A stretch of DNA of 56,304 nt from Octopus sinensis (GCF_006345805.1 NW_021833793.1:1-56304), one strand, 5' to 3'; positions 40,481 to 52,112 are shown, counted from the stretch's first letter. A program made the numbers and translations. Notes: generated from the sequence alone by a model not told the origin.

Positions 40481-40512
<32 letters not shown>

Positions 40513-40942
40513 ATTTGAGGGAATATTATACATAACTTACAGGGAAAAATTCAATTTAGAAATACTAAATCAAATTTCGCGAAATATAATATATATATAT
40601 ATATATATAAAATTAGAAAAAAACACCTTTTATCAATTCAAAATGAACAATTAAATTACACCATCTAGAAAATTACATATAATAGAAATATTAAATATAA
40701 AATAACAATAATATACCGATGATTAAGTAATGTGCAAAATAATAAATAAATCGTATATATCATGAATTGATAAAAGGTGTTTTTTTTTCTAATTTATATA
40801 TATATATTATATTATATTAAATTAGAGATAAAACCACTATAAGGCAAATCATACAATGAAAAACTTAAGCCAATACATAAGATTAATTAATTTATATTAT
40901 TTTAAATATATATCAAAATTATTAAAAAAAGATAATTAGTAT

Positions 40943-41010
40943 AACACTACAATCGTTTCATGGCTGTCCAATTCTTAAAATTTCGAGTTACAGTCATTCT
41001 TCAGGTGATT
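40943..41010 (-). ncRNA. Type I hammerhead ribozyme motif (Penelope-type)
   Basis: Minus strand AATCAC-CTGAAGA-ATGACTGT-(22 nt)-ACAGCCAT-GAAAC-GATT-GTA-GTGTT: intact core, helix II 7/8 bp, short helix III, GUA triplet, helix I CAC/GTG. Confidence 0.7.
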
Positions 41011-41361
41011 TAAATATTTAACTTAGCAAGGTTTAATCAAATAATAATATTTTACTATAAAATTGGATTTAATCCTAAATCTGATTTTTCCCTGTAAGTT
41101 TGGATTTATTCCCTAATATTTTATATATATATTCAGTCAAACTAATGCACCTGCTTGTTATTCCTGCACCTGTCTTCGTCTTTTGTTGTTTTCTGTAAAT
41201 ATATCCTTTTATATATATATGTGCTGCAAGATTCTTGATGTTAAACCGTGCGTTGAAACAGATATTGTATTTTTTAAACTCTTTTTGCCAAATAAACAGA
41301 CGCACTATATAATTCCCTTTTCACTCATTTATTACCGTTCTTATTCTAATTTATGTTTATC

Positions 41362-41406
41362 GTCCGGAAATCTTTCGTCACACCTCTGTGAACTCTTCAG
41401 CGACAC
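41362..41406 (-). ncRNA. Degenerate minimal hammerhead ribozyme motif
   Basis: Minus strand GTGTCG-CTGAAGA-GTTCACA-GAGG-TGTGAC-GAAA-GATT-TC-CGGAC; core intact, helix I weak. Confidence 0.5.
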
Positions 41407-41630
41407 TTTCCGTCTTCGTGTGCACTCTTGCTCCGCTTTTATACATATACACACATACGCGAGTAAATATACGGGTAAAACCCTTGTGGAATGCTATATA
41501 AAGCTCGTATAAAGTCTTACTCAAAGAAGGTGCATTTCACACCTTGAATTGGTGATAATGATTACACAACATCTCACCAATGATCAAGTGTAAAAATGTG
41601 TCGAAACAATTGTAACGTCTATAGATAATG

Positions 41631-41709
<79 letters not shown>

Positions 41710-41732
41710 ATGTATGTATGTATGTATGTATT

Positions 41733-42058
41733 TCACAGCCTGCTCGTGAAATTAACGTGTAAGTGACTGAGCACTCCACAGACACGTGTACCCTTAACGT
41801 AGTTCTCGGGGATATTCAGCGTGACACAGAGAGTGACAAGGCCGGCCCTTTGAAATACAGGTACAACAGTACAGGAAGTAAGAGTGAGAGAAAGTTGTGG
41901 TGAAAGAGTACAGCAGGGGTCACCACCATCCCTGCCGGAGCCTCGTGGAGCTTTAGGTGTTTTCGCTCAATAAACACTCACAACGCCCGGTCTGGGAATC
42001 GAAACCGCGATCCTACGACCGCGAGTCCGCTGCCCTAACCACTGGGCCATTGTGCCTC
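41733..42058 (-). mobile_element. tRNA-derived SINE, family C; fragment also at ~35557-35625
   Basis: Minus strand GAGGCACAATGGCCCAGTGGTTAGGGCAGCGGACTCGCGG..GGTTTCGATTCCC (A and B boxes) followed by a non-tRNA body. Confidence 0.8.
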
Positions 42059-42524
42059 TTTGGGGGTATATCAGCCGAAACGTTGTGTTAAGAATAAACA
42101 AGATGAGGATAAATATCCGTCAAATGTAAATAATGTTCATAATTCCTTATTTCTTCAATATAGAACTGTAATACATATGTAATTATGAAATCTTTGGATA
42201 GCTCTTCTCTGAATACCTCATTTTTGGATATTTCATCTCTAATTATCTCGTCTATGGATATCCCATATGTGGATATTTCGTATGGGGGTATTTCTCTTGC
42301 TAATATCTCTTTGCTGTACGATATCTACAGTAAAGAGATATGTTCATTTATTAATGTTATATAGACATCTATGAGATATCTCCCACGCATTTGTTTTTGT
42401 AGCGGAAATGAATCGTAATGATGATACGAATACGAATATAGATAGCGTGAAACTTGGAGTTACTAATTTTAAAAAATGTGTATGCGTGCGCACTCGAGTG
42501 CGTGCAAACGAAAGCATATAGGTA

Positions 42525-42528
42525 TGTA

Positions 42529-42564
<36 letters not shown>

Positions 42565-42703
42565 TGTATGTATGTATGTATGTATGTATGTATGCATGTA
42601 TGTATGTATGGATGGATGGAAGGATGGATGGATGGATGTGTGTGTGTGTGTGTGTGTGTGTATATGAGTGTGTGGCTAGCTAGACAGACAGAAAGACAGA
42701 TAG

Positions 42704-42745
<42 letters not shown>

Positions 42746-42994
42746 CTAGATATATAGATATCTTTCTTTATTAGCCACACAGGGCGGAACACAGAGGGGA
42801 CAAAATACAATGTAGAGCTTTTCTTTTCGGGAAAAAAAAGAGAAAAATAAAATTCTGATCAAAAGGGAGGGTAAGACAAAAAAAAAAGACAGACAGACAG
42901 ATAGACAGACGGTCGGACAGATAGATAGACAGACAGGCAGAGAGACAGACATACAGGTAGACAGATAGATAGGCAGACAGACAGACAGACAGAC

Positions 42995-43062
<68 letters not shown>

Positions 43063-43111
43063 GGATGGATGGTTGGATGGATGGTTGGATGGATGGATGG
43101 ATGGATGGATG

Positions 43112-43166
<55 letters not shown>

Positions 43167-43195
43167 GGATGGATGGATGGATGGATGTATGGATG

Positions 43196-43259
<64 letters not shown>

Positions 43260-43272
43260 GATAGATAGATAG
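42525..43272. repeat. Compound microsatellite (TATG)n/(TGGA)n/(TG)n/(AGAT)n/(AG)n/(AGAC)n with an embedded retroposon 3' tail (minus, ~42757-42890)
   Basis: Direct inspection; the embedded piece reads ...CCCTGTGTGGCTAATAAAGAAA on the minus strand. Confidence 0.9.
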
Positions 43273-43540
43273 AAGGTCGATGCAGGGAGGATCACCACCG
43301 TAAATATAAGCCGCACACAAATATTCGCAACAACCGCACACATAAAGAGAAGAGAGAAGGGAAAAGAAATAACTCCTGGGCGACGTAAATTCAATAACAA
43401 CAATTACAATAATAATAGCAATAACAGCTAAAATATGGACGTCAGCGGCACATTTCATAAAGTATGCACATCAGCGGCACATATCATAAAGTATGGGTTT
43501 CAGCGGCACACATCATAAAGTATGGACGTCAGAAGCACAG

Positions 43541-43879
43541 CGGCCGGGATCTCTTTAATATCGATCCTTTCTCAGCCAGACATAATCTGCACTTTCTGCT
43601 GCTATTGAAGTACGCTTTACATTTCTCTAGAATCCTCCACTTTATGTTATTCTTGGTGACGCTGTCTTTCAACGACCATACGTGCTTGGCCAGGGTTGTG
43701 GAATTACATCTCTCCTAGATGCGGAAAGACTTGTGGTTGTTATAGCAGGGTCTGAAGGGGCCTTCAGTTGCTCCAATGTACTTTTGCATGTTTGGTTGTC
43801 TATTTAATCCTATTGCTGTTACCTTTACCTCGTGTACGACGTCCTTCGTATTACAGTGGTCGTTCAGTGGCGAGATGGG
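43541..43879 (-). mobile_element. Penelope-like element GIY-YIG endonuclease pseudogene fragment
   Basis: Manual translation SPLNDHCNTKDVVHEVKVT...KYIGATEGPFRPCYNNHKSFRI*ERCNSTTLAKHVWSLKD...IKWRILEKCKAY...KCRLCLAEK matches the PLE endonuclease pattern (YIG.T..F..RY.NH, ST.L.K..W.LK, C.LC..EK). Confidence 0.85.
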
Positions 43880-44351
43880 TTACCCTTACTTGAGCATCTT
43901 GCCCCTGTCTCAGGTGTGACCCTAACTACTAAAATCAAATTTTTACATTAAATGTGCACAGCTAAAGAAAACATTCACGATGCGTCTATTTTTAATCCTT
44001 GAAAATTTTCTAGTTCCCACCAAGTATCGGCGGGTGCATAACCCTCCCGTAAGACCATTGCATGTGCGTGGGTGTCTAGTCTTTGTTTTCACATATACAA
44101 TGATAATTACTTAAGTTCTTTAAATAGGTCAGTAAAGTCTTGCAAGTTTGTAAGCGTACGCAATCCATGATCATGAGGCATGCTCGTTATATTTGACAGA
44201 AAAACGTATTATATTACACGTGGTCAAGACCTCTCTTTTGTGTGCAGTGTATATCCTTGACCGATCAGTGTTCAGGCTGGGCGGGGCATTAAGTTATTCA
44301 CAGCACCAGGTTGTTTATAAATAGATTGTAACAAACGACATAGTAAACCGA

Positions 44352-46491
44352 TTTCCTTATTGCCCACAAGGGGCTAAACACAGAGAGGACAAACAAGGAC
44401 AGACAAACGGATTAAGTCGATTATATCGACTCCAGTGCGTAACTGGTACTTATTTAATCGACCCCGAAAGGATGAAAGGCAAAGTTGACCTCGGCAGAAT
44501 TTGAACTGAGAACGTAACGGCAGACGAAATACCTATTTCTTTACTACCCACAAGGGGCTAAACACAGAGAGGACAAACAAGGACAGACAAACGGATTAAG
44601 TCGACTATATCGACTCCAGTGCGTAACTGGTACTTATTTAATCGACCCCGAAAGGATGAAAGGCAAAGTTGACCTCGGCAGAATTTGAACTCAGAACGTA
44701 ATGGCAGACGAAATACCTATTTCTTTACTACCCACAAGGGGCTAAACACAGAGAGGACAAACAAGGACAGACAAACGGATTAAGTCGACTATATCGACTC
44801 CAGTGCGTAACTGGTACTTATTTAATCGACCCCGAAAGGATGAAAGGCAAAGTTGACCTCGGCAGAATTTGAACTCAGAACGTAACGGCAGACGAAATAC
44901 CTATTTCTTTACTACCCACAAGGGGCTAAACACAGAGAGGACAACAAGGACAGACAAACGGATTAAGTCGACTATATCGACTCCAGTGCGTACTGGTACT
45001 TATTTAATCGACCCCGAAAGGATGAAAGGCAAAGTTGACCTCGGCAGAATTTGAACTCAGAACGTAATGGCAGACGAAATACCTATTTCTTTACTACCCA
45101 CAAGGGGCTAACACAGAGAGGACAAACAAGACAGACAAACGGATTAATCGACTATATCGACTCCAGTGCGTAACTGGTACTTATTTAATCGACCCCGAAA
45201 GGATGAAAGGCAAAGTTGACCTCGGCAGAATTTGAACTGAGAACGTAACGGCAGACGAAATACCTATTTCTTTACTACCCACAAGGGGCTAAACACAGAG
45301 AGGACAAACAAGGACAGACAACGGATTAAGTCGACTATATCGACTCCAGTGCGTAACTGTACTTATTTAATCGACCCCGAAAGGATGAAAGGCAAAGTTG
45401 ACCTCGCAGAATTTGAACTCAGAACGTAATGGCAGACGAAATACCTATTTCTTTACTACCCACAAGGGGCTAACACAGAGAGGACAACAAGGACAGACAA
45501 ACGGATTAAGTCGACTATATCGACTCCAGTGCGTAACTGGTACTTATTTAATCGACCCCGAAAGGATGAAAGGCAAAGTCGGCCTCGGCGGAATTTGAAC
45601 TCAGAACGTAACGGCAGACGAAATACCTATTTCTTTACTACCCACAAGGGGCTAAACACAGAGGGGACAAACAAGGACAGACAAACGGATTAAGTCGATT
45701 ATATCGACTCCAGTGCGTAACTGGTACTTATTTAATCGACCCCGAAAGGATGAAAGGCGAAGTTGACCTCGGCAGAATTTGAACTGAGAACGTAACGGCA
45801 GACGAAATATTTATTTCTTTACTACCCACAAGGGGCTAAACATAGAGAGGACAAACAAGGACAGACAAACGGATTAAGTCGATTATATCGACTCCAGTGC
45901 GTAACTGGTACTTATTTAATCGACCCCGAAAGGATGAAAGGCAAAGTTGACCTCGGCAGAATTTGAACTCAGAACGTAACGGCAGATGAAATACCTATTT
46001 CTTTACTACCCACAAGGGGCTAAACACAGAGAGGACAAACAAGGACAGACAAACGGATTAAGTCGATTATATCGACTCCAGTGCGTAACTGGTACTTATT
46101 TAATCGACCCCGAAAGGATGAAAGGCAAAGTTGACCTCGGCAGAATTTGAACTGAGAACGTAACGGCAGACGAAATACCTATTTCTTTACTACCCACAAG
46201 AGTTTAGTCAGTAACTGCGTAACTGGTACTTATTTAATCGACCCCGAAAGGATGAAAGGCAAAGTCGGCCTCGGCGGAATTTGAAGTCAGAACGTAACGG
46301 CAGACGAAATACCTATTTCTTTACTACCCACAAGAGTTTAGTCAGTAACTGCGTAACTGGTACTTATTTAATCGACCCCGAAAGGATGAAAGGCAAAGTT
46401 GACCTCGGCGGAATTTGAACTCAGAACGTAGCGGCGGACGAGCTACCACTAAGCATTTCGCCCGGCGTGCTAACGATTCCGCCAGCTCGTC
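44352..46491 (-). repeat. Tandem array of SINE family B: ten ~184-bp units, one 134-bp unit and one head-bearing unit
   Basis: Junction motif GACGAAATACCTATTTC (minor variants) near 44531, 44715, 44899, 45081, 45262, 45443, 45625, 45809, 45993, 46177, 46311. Confidence 0.95.
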
Positions 46492-46529
46492 ATTTAGTCT
46501 CTTTCGCAGACACACACTTTATCCAGCGT

Positions 46530-46640
46530 CGTTTCCCTTGATGGGACCATTCCTGCATCTCCATTTTGGGAATAGCGAGCGGCTGCCTCGTCGCATTTCC
46601 TTGGATTTCATCGACGTCTTGAAACCCTGTTCCTTTCAAG
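46530..46640 (-). mobile_element. mariner transposase C-terminal fragment
   Basis: LKGTGFQDVDEIQGNATRQPLAIPK resembles the mariner LKGRRF..EEI....L.AIP region. Confidence 0.55.
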
Positions 46641-46770
46641 CCACAGTCGAACTACTTCTACTATATAGCTCAGAAACCTGGACGTTGTCGAAGAAGCTTG
46701 AGAGGCGGTTGGATGGAACCTACACTCGCCTCGTTATGAGAGCTCAAAATCTCTCGTGGAAGCGTCATCT
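46634..46770 (+). mobile_element. RTE-like LINE fragment (post-RT region)
   Basis: FQATVELLLLYSSETWTLSKKLERRLDGTYTRLVMRAQNLSWKRH (LLYGSETW motif). Confidence 0.8.
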
Positions 46771-46934
46771 AAGCAATGGAAAATAATTTAAACAATTAAC
46801 ATACAAAATAATTCTATAATTTTTATACACACGCTTTCCGTACGTATACGGAAAGCGTGTGTTACGGAAAGCGTGTGTATAAAAATTATAGAATTATTTT
46901 GTATGTTAATTGTTTAAATTATTTTCCATTGCTT
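46771..46934. repeat. Perfect 72-bp inverted repeat with a 20-bp spacer
   Basis: 46771-46842 is the exact reverse complement of 46863-46934. Confidence 0.95.
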
Positions 46935-46989
46935 TAGTTTTTTTTACACGCGTAACAATTAGATTAATTTAACAATTAAGAAAAAAAAA

Positions 46990-47253
46990 TTAGGGTTAAG
47001 GTGAGGGTTAGGGTTAGTGACAGGATGTTGTCTCAGTTTTAGACGCAGCAAATGATTTTAGCTCAAAAGAGAGCATAGGATTGGTTAAAATTCGAAAAAT
47101 TAAACTACGTTAAACAAACGAATTACAAATTTATCAAGAAAGCCAAGTGAAAATAATGTTTTCTTTTGACACATTCTACCAGTATATGAAGTTTTAAAGT
47201 GTTTAGTTAAATAGAAATTGTGTTGAAATCTGGCCTTCAAAAGGAAAAGATCC
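46990..47253 (+). mobile_element. Diverged right half of a GGATCTTTTC-TIR MITE relative
   Basis: Shares ACATTCTACCAGTAT..GAAGTTT.AAAGTGTTTAGTTA and terminal GAAAAGATCC with 7898-8315. Confidence 0.7.
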
Positions 47254-48431
47254 TAATAATGTACAAAAATGGCAAGAGGTAGTTCCTGTATTACTATTCC
47301 AGTACAAAGAGATACAACGGTATCCGATGACTAGTTACTATTGTGGCTACTAGTGTAAAACAGTAACTACCATACAATGGCAGTCACACATCACACTGGT
47401 GGGAGAAACCCACATTACAACAGGATGTATGTATGTATGTATGTATGTATGTATGTGTGTATGTGTGTACGTATGTATGTATGTATGTATGTATGCGTGT
47501 ATATGTCAGGTCACTTTCGAGTGCTACTGGTAACATGTAACCCAGTACAACCTGTTGCATGATCGGGCCGTCGGCGACTAAACCGGCAACCCCACCAAGC
47601 TTACTTGGTGAGGAGGGTGTTTACTGGACACCCTACGGGATGAAAAACAAAACCCGTCAAAGGGCGGAGGAACTCTTGAGAGTCAACGGCCATCCAATAA
47701 ATGTCTCAGGGCTGTATCATGCGCGGGGACATAGAAATAATTGGACTGAATACCCGATCGCGCGGTTAAACCATTGGGAGTGAAGGACTCCTAGCCTTTA
47801 ATAGGGCATCCTTCTAGGAGAAGGTAACTCAGGTAACTGGGATAACTCCAAACTAAAATCTGCGGCTCAGTGGTTACCGATGATGTTGACTTGTTCTTCT
47901 TTTCGGATTATGGCTCCTGTTGCTTAGTGAGTGGGATTGACTCAGTGCACAGCCTTTCCTCACTTAAAAAAAATCTTCTTACACAGGCATTGCACGATAA
48001 CAACATTGTTCATGATTGTTGATGGTGCTGTGAGTCTCAACTGAATGGCGGGCTGTAGCCTAAAAAAGCAAATAAAAGCCACATTCGATCACAGCACCAA
48101 TAACAGTTAAGCTTCGTGCAATGGCCATACTCGATAACGAGGGGGCAGCCATTATATATGTATGTATGTATGGTGTGATGCTAGTGAAGTTAGACAAATA
48201 GTAACTGTCTTTCACATAACTAACGCGAGTTTTTCGTTGCATCATAATTTCTCCATATAATAGATTATTGTCTTTAATCTTGTTCCAAAGTTTGTCGACC
48301 TAATGACTAGCGAATAACATAAACTCTTGCATGTCTAATAGATTATGTCTTGGATTTCGTTCTATAGTTCTCTAGTTTCTATAATGTTTGTTTAAATGCG
48401 TTAAATATGTAGACTATTTCCTTATTCACCA

Positions 48432-48812
48432 CTAGCAGTATCGCCCGGCGTTACTCGGGTTTGTAAGGGAAATAACTATAAGGCATTTTTAGAGAGTTAT
48501 AGCCAAAAGATGCATTAAAAATAGAAAAGAAATTATGGTAAATTTTTTTTAAAATCGTTGACTCATCGTAGACATTTTAGAGAGTTACTTCCCTTTATTA
48601 AAAAAATATGCGTTAAAATGGAAAAAAATTATGTTAAATTATTTTTAAAATCGTAGACTCATCGTAGACGCGCACTAATACCCAGAAGGGCTCGATATGA
48701 ATCACGACTATAAGATACCCGAATTTGGTTAAACTGCACCGCAAAATGTTGGAGTAGTTAGGAATCTAAATCGGAGTAGACAGACACACAACTTCACTTT
48801 TATATATAAAGA
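48432..48812 (-). mobile_element. Complete non-autonomous Helitron (381 bp)
   Basis: Minus strand starts TCTTTATATATAAAAG, ends with hairpin CCCGAGTAACGCCGGG then CTGCTAG; inserted between A and T with no TSD. Confidence 0.85.
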
Positions 48813-49688
48813 TAAGTTTGAGGAAAAGAGGGGACGATACGAGGACAGACAAAACAAACGTTGGGGTCAGGGTATCGAATGGGACGAAATGTATGAATAA
48901 ACAAACAATTAAAATATATACAGTTAAATGAGAATGAGTGATTAACAAAAAAATGAAGCGGAGGACGCAGTCGACTCCACAAACCACAGACTCACACTGA
49001 AGACTTTGCTTTCTTCTTTTTCACATTCTTGATTAAACAGGTTCTTTCACTCGCAACATACTTGCTATAGACTTCCATCTTTTACGAAACACACTTTGCG
49101 ACAGGCATTTCTTCTCCAGCCTTATTTTCCCGTTTCATGTGGAAAACGAAAAAGTCGATTAGCTCGAGACTGGAGATAAACATGCCTGTTGCAATTCCTT
49201 TCACTCTCGTCTTCCATTCTATCTCTATCGCCACAGCAACTACCGAGAGAAAACAGGCTCGCTCCCCCCCATTCAGGGAGGTCAGCGGAACGATCTTAAT
49301 TACAGATTCGTAGAATGGAAGTGGATAACGTAATGGTTTATTTAACAAACTGAAGTTACTAAAACATATTTCAATAAAGAAAATGTTCAATAAAATACCA
49401 GGACTTTGTCGTTTATTTTATTCAGATGAAGGTCACAGTCAATGAGAAACCTGTCATTGTTGGATTTCTTTTTTATTGTCTTCGTTCTCCACTTCTTTGC
49501 GAAAGAGTCATCGTATACGCATGGCGTAGATCGTTTTAAATTTTCGATTTACTTCGATACTTTGTTTTCATTCGCCACAGACTTGCGAACATCTGATCCG
49601 CAAAGATAAGTTAGCACAAACTGAAACAGAGCAGGTATTGTTCAAGCTACTAATCTGTGTAAGTATCCTGTATGAATGGGCAAAATTC

Positions 49689-50102
49689 AAGGCGGCGAGC
49701 TGGCAGAAACGTTAGCACGCCGGGTGAAATGCGTAGCCGTATTTCGTCTGCCGTTATGTTCTGAGTTCAAATTCTGCCGAGGTCGACTTTGCCTTTCATC
49801 TTTTCGGGGTCGATAAATTAAGTACCAGTTACGCACTGGGGTCGATCTAATCGACTTAATCCGTTTGTCTGTCCTTGTTTGTCTCTCTGTGTTAGCCCCT
49901 TCTGGGTAGTAAAGAAATAGGTTTTTCGTCTGCCGTTACGTTCTGAGTTCAAATTCCGCCGAGGTCGACTTTGCCTTTCATCCATTCGGGGTCGATAAAT
50001 TAAGTACCAGTTACGCACAGGGGTCGATCTAATCGACTTAATCCGTTTCTCTGTCCTTGTTGTCCCCTCTATGTTTAGCCCCTTGTGGGCAATAAAGAAA
50101 CA
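49689..50102 (+). mobile_element. Dimeric SINE family B with a 15-bp TSD
   Basis: GAATGGGCAAAATTC at 49674-49688 and 50103-50117; head GGCGGCGAGCTGGCAGAA, B box GAGTTCAAATTC, body repeated twice. Confidence 0.92.
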
Positions 50103-50388
50103 GAATGGGCAAAATTCTCATATTGGGCTTCTCGTCGAAAATGTCTCTTACTACTCTATCGTTTGTAGCGAGGCTGTTATTGAGTTTTGAACCATGTTCA
50201 CCGGCTCAGGATCATTGACTATTGTCCTGCAGTTATGGAAAAATAATTTTGTCACCATAAGACAAAATGTCTCCAAAGAAGGTGATGCTCTATATCTGGT
50301 GAGATTGGAAGGGTATTTTATATTACGAGCTACGTTCACAAAATCAGACGTTACTTTCAGACTACTATTGTTCCAGATTAGACTGATA

Positions 50389-50797
50389 AAAGGAGGCAAT
50401 TGATGAAAATCGTCCGGAATTGTCCAACCGAAAAGGTACCGTCTTACATCCGGACAACGCTAGACCACACGTTTCTTTGCAGACCAGGCAGAAATTGGCA
50501 CAGCTTGGATGGAATGTCCAACCCTACCCACCATACTCACCTGACCTTGCAATTTCTGATTATCATCTATTCTGATCCTTGCTGTGAAGAAGTTCAGTTC
50601 TATAAAATCTTACATCGATTCAACAGCCAGAATGATACCAAGTGCTGGGAGGAAGGGATCGTGAAGCTGCCTTAGAGATGGCGAAAGGTAGTGGAGTAAA
50701 ATGGAAAATATGTAGTTGAGTAAAGGTATGTACAGCTACCTGATTATTGTAAATGAATTTTACTTAAAAAACGCTACGCACTTTTTTGCTAACCCAG
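50389..50797 (+). mobile_element. mariner transposon 3' remnant with right TIR
   Basis: RPELSNRKGTVLHPDNARPH...LGWNVQPYPPYSPDLAISDYHLF*...GIVKLP*RWRKVVE*NGKY; TIR ...TTTTTGCTAACCCAG followed by TA. Confidence 0.88.
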
Positions 50798-51332
50798 TAT
50801 ATGTATATAAAGGTGCATGGCCATTGGTTCGGTGCGTTGTATCCACGAGAAAGACACTTTCAGTGCACTCATCTGAAAAGGAGTACCAGCAACAACCGTG
50901 GTTTAATCTTACGACAATCAGGCATCTCGTTCAGTGGGGAGACTTGTATCCTCGGATGTTAAAATACGTTGGATACCAATATATTGCAGCCTAAATAGTC
51001 TAACTTCAATGTAGACATTTTGGCATGTGCAGTCACGTGTTGTTGTGACATTTGTGCAGTGAAAGTAGACATGAATGTGTTAAAAGACAGATGGAAATAA
51101 TTGTTTGTGAAACATTCATTGCTAGAACAACGAGAGTTGAAAGACCTAATAATTAGATAAACGATTATAAATCTTATCAGTTGGATATATCTTGCAGGTT
51201 TTCAACTTTTTAGTGGCATGTTTAAAATAAGAGATGAAATCACTGCCCCTCCAGGCCGTATTTGAACTTAGACTACACTATTACATTATTTCATCTAAAA
51301 AAACAAAGGCAGCAATAAGTCAGATTTAATCC

Positions 51333-51338
51333 TTTATT
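51333..51338 (-). promoter_or_regulatory. Candidate polyadenylation signal (AATAAA) of the GPCR gene
   Basis: Plus-strand TTTATT ~670 nt downstream of the proposed stop codon; not the only such hexamer. Confidence 0.35.
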
Positions 51339-51644
51339 CAACAATTTTAAGGCTTACATTGATAACATTAAAGTGGCAATAAGAAAGAATATCAACACAG
51401 TTTCAAATCAAAACAACATTTTCTGTTTTCCTGTGTTTCAAGCAATAGGCTAAATAGAAATGTTACGACGGGTCATAGGATACAGATATAGAGTAATAAA
51501 AAAAGCCGAAAACTAAACATTTAAGATTATATTATTGTGGATTATGCAGTCTCTCGGTTGCATAGTGTTGAACCAAAAGGTACAAATATAGTTTCTTAAC
51601 AAGCAAATATATTGAATATTTATATTCAAAATTATATATTTATA

Positions 51645-51775
51645 TTCCGTCGAGGTTGACTTTGCTTTCATCCTTTCGGGATGGATGAATTAGATACCAG
51701 TTGCGTACTGGGGTCAATCTAATCGACTGGCGCCCACCCTCAACATTTCCGACCTTGTGCCTAGAGAAAAGAATA
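51645..51775 (+). mobile_element. SINE family B fragment inside the putative GPCR 3' UTR
   Basis: TTCCGTCGAGGTTGACTTTGCTTTCATCCTTTCGGG...CCTTGTGCCTAGAG matches 5880-6010. Confidence 0.7.
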
Positions 51776-52001
51776 TTATATATTCATATTTAATATTCAT
51801 ACTTAAGAGTATATATTTATATTTAATATTAATATTTATATTTAATATTATATATTCATATTTAAGAGTATTATTATATTTAATATTATATATTTATATT
51901 TATATTATATATTTTATTTAATATCATATATGGAGAAAATATTATTTTATGACGTAAAATATTATCGAAGCGATTTTTGAAGGCACTTTTTCAATTTTCA
52001 T

Positions 52002-52048
52002 TTAGAAATTTGTTTCTGCTGTTCTATCCTCGATTTCATTACCAAATC
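52002..52048 (-). CDS. Putative terminal coding exon of the adhesion GPCR: (R)FGNEIEDRTAETNF*
   Basis: Acceptor TTTTCTCGTGTTTCCAG; phase 1 matches the upstream exon donor; ends in class I PDZ-type T-x-F. Confidence 0.6.
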
Positions 52049-52112
52049 CTGGAAACACGAGAAAACGATATAAAATATTAATTTTAAACTTGTTAATTCC
52101 TGGCTTGTATAT

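Noticed and set aside
41990-42058. Functional tRNA genes at SINE heads (also ~3950-4018 and 49689-49780)
   Set aside because: A/B boxes are present but there is no complete cloverleaf or acceptor stem, and they continue into SINE bodies
44352-46491. Retrozyme (hammerhead-containing tandem) interpretation of the 184-bp array
   Set aside because: No CUGANGA core on either strand; units are SINE bodies
46990-47020. Telomeric TTAGGG repeats
   Set aside because: Only 3-4 degenerate units, inside a MITE
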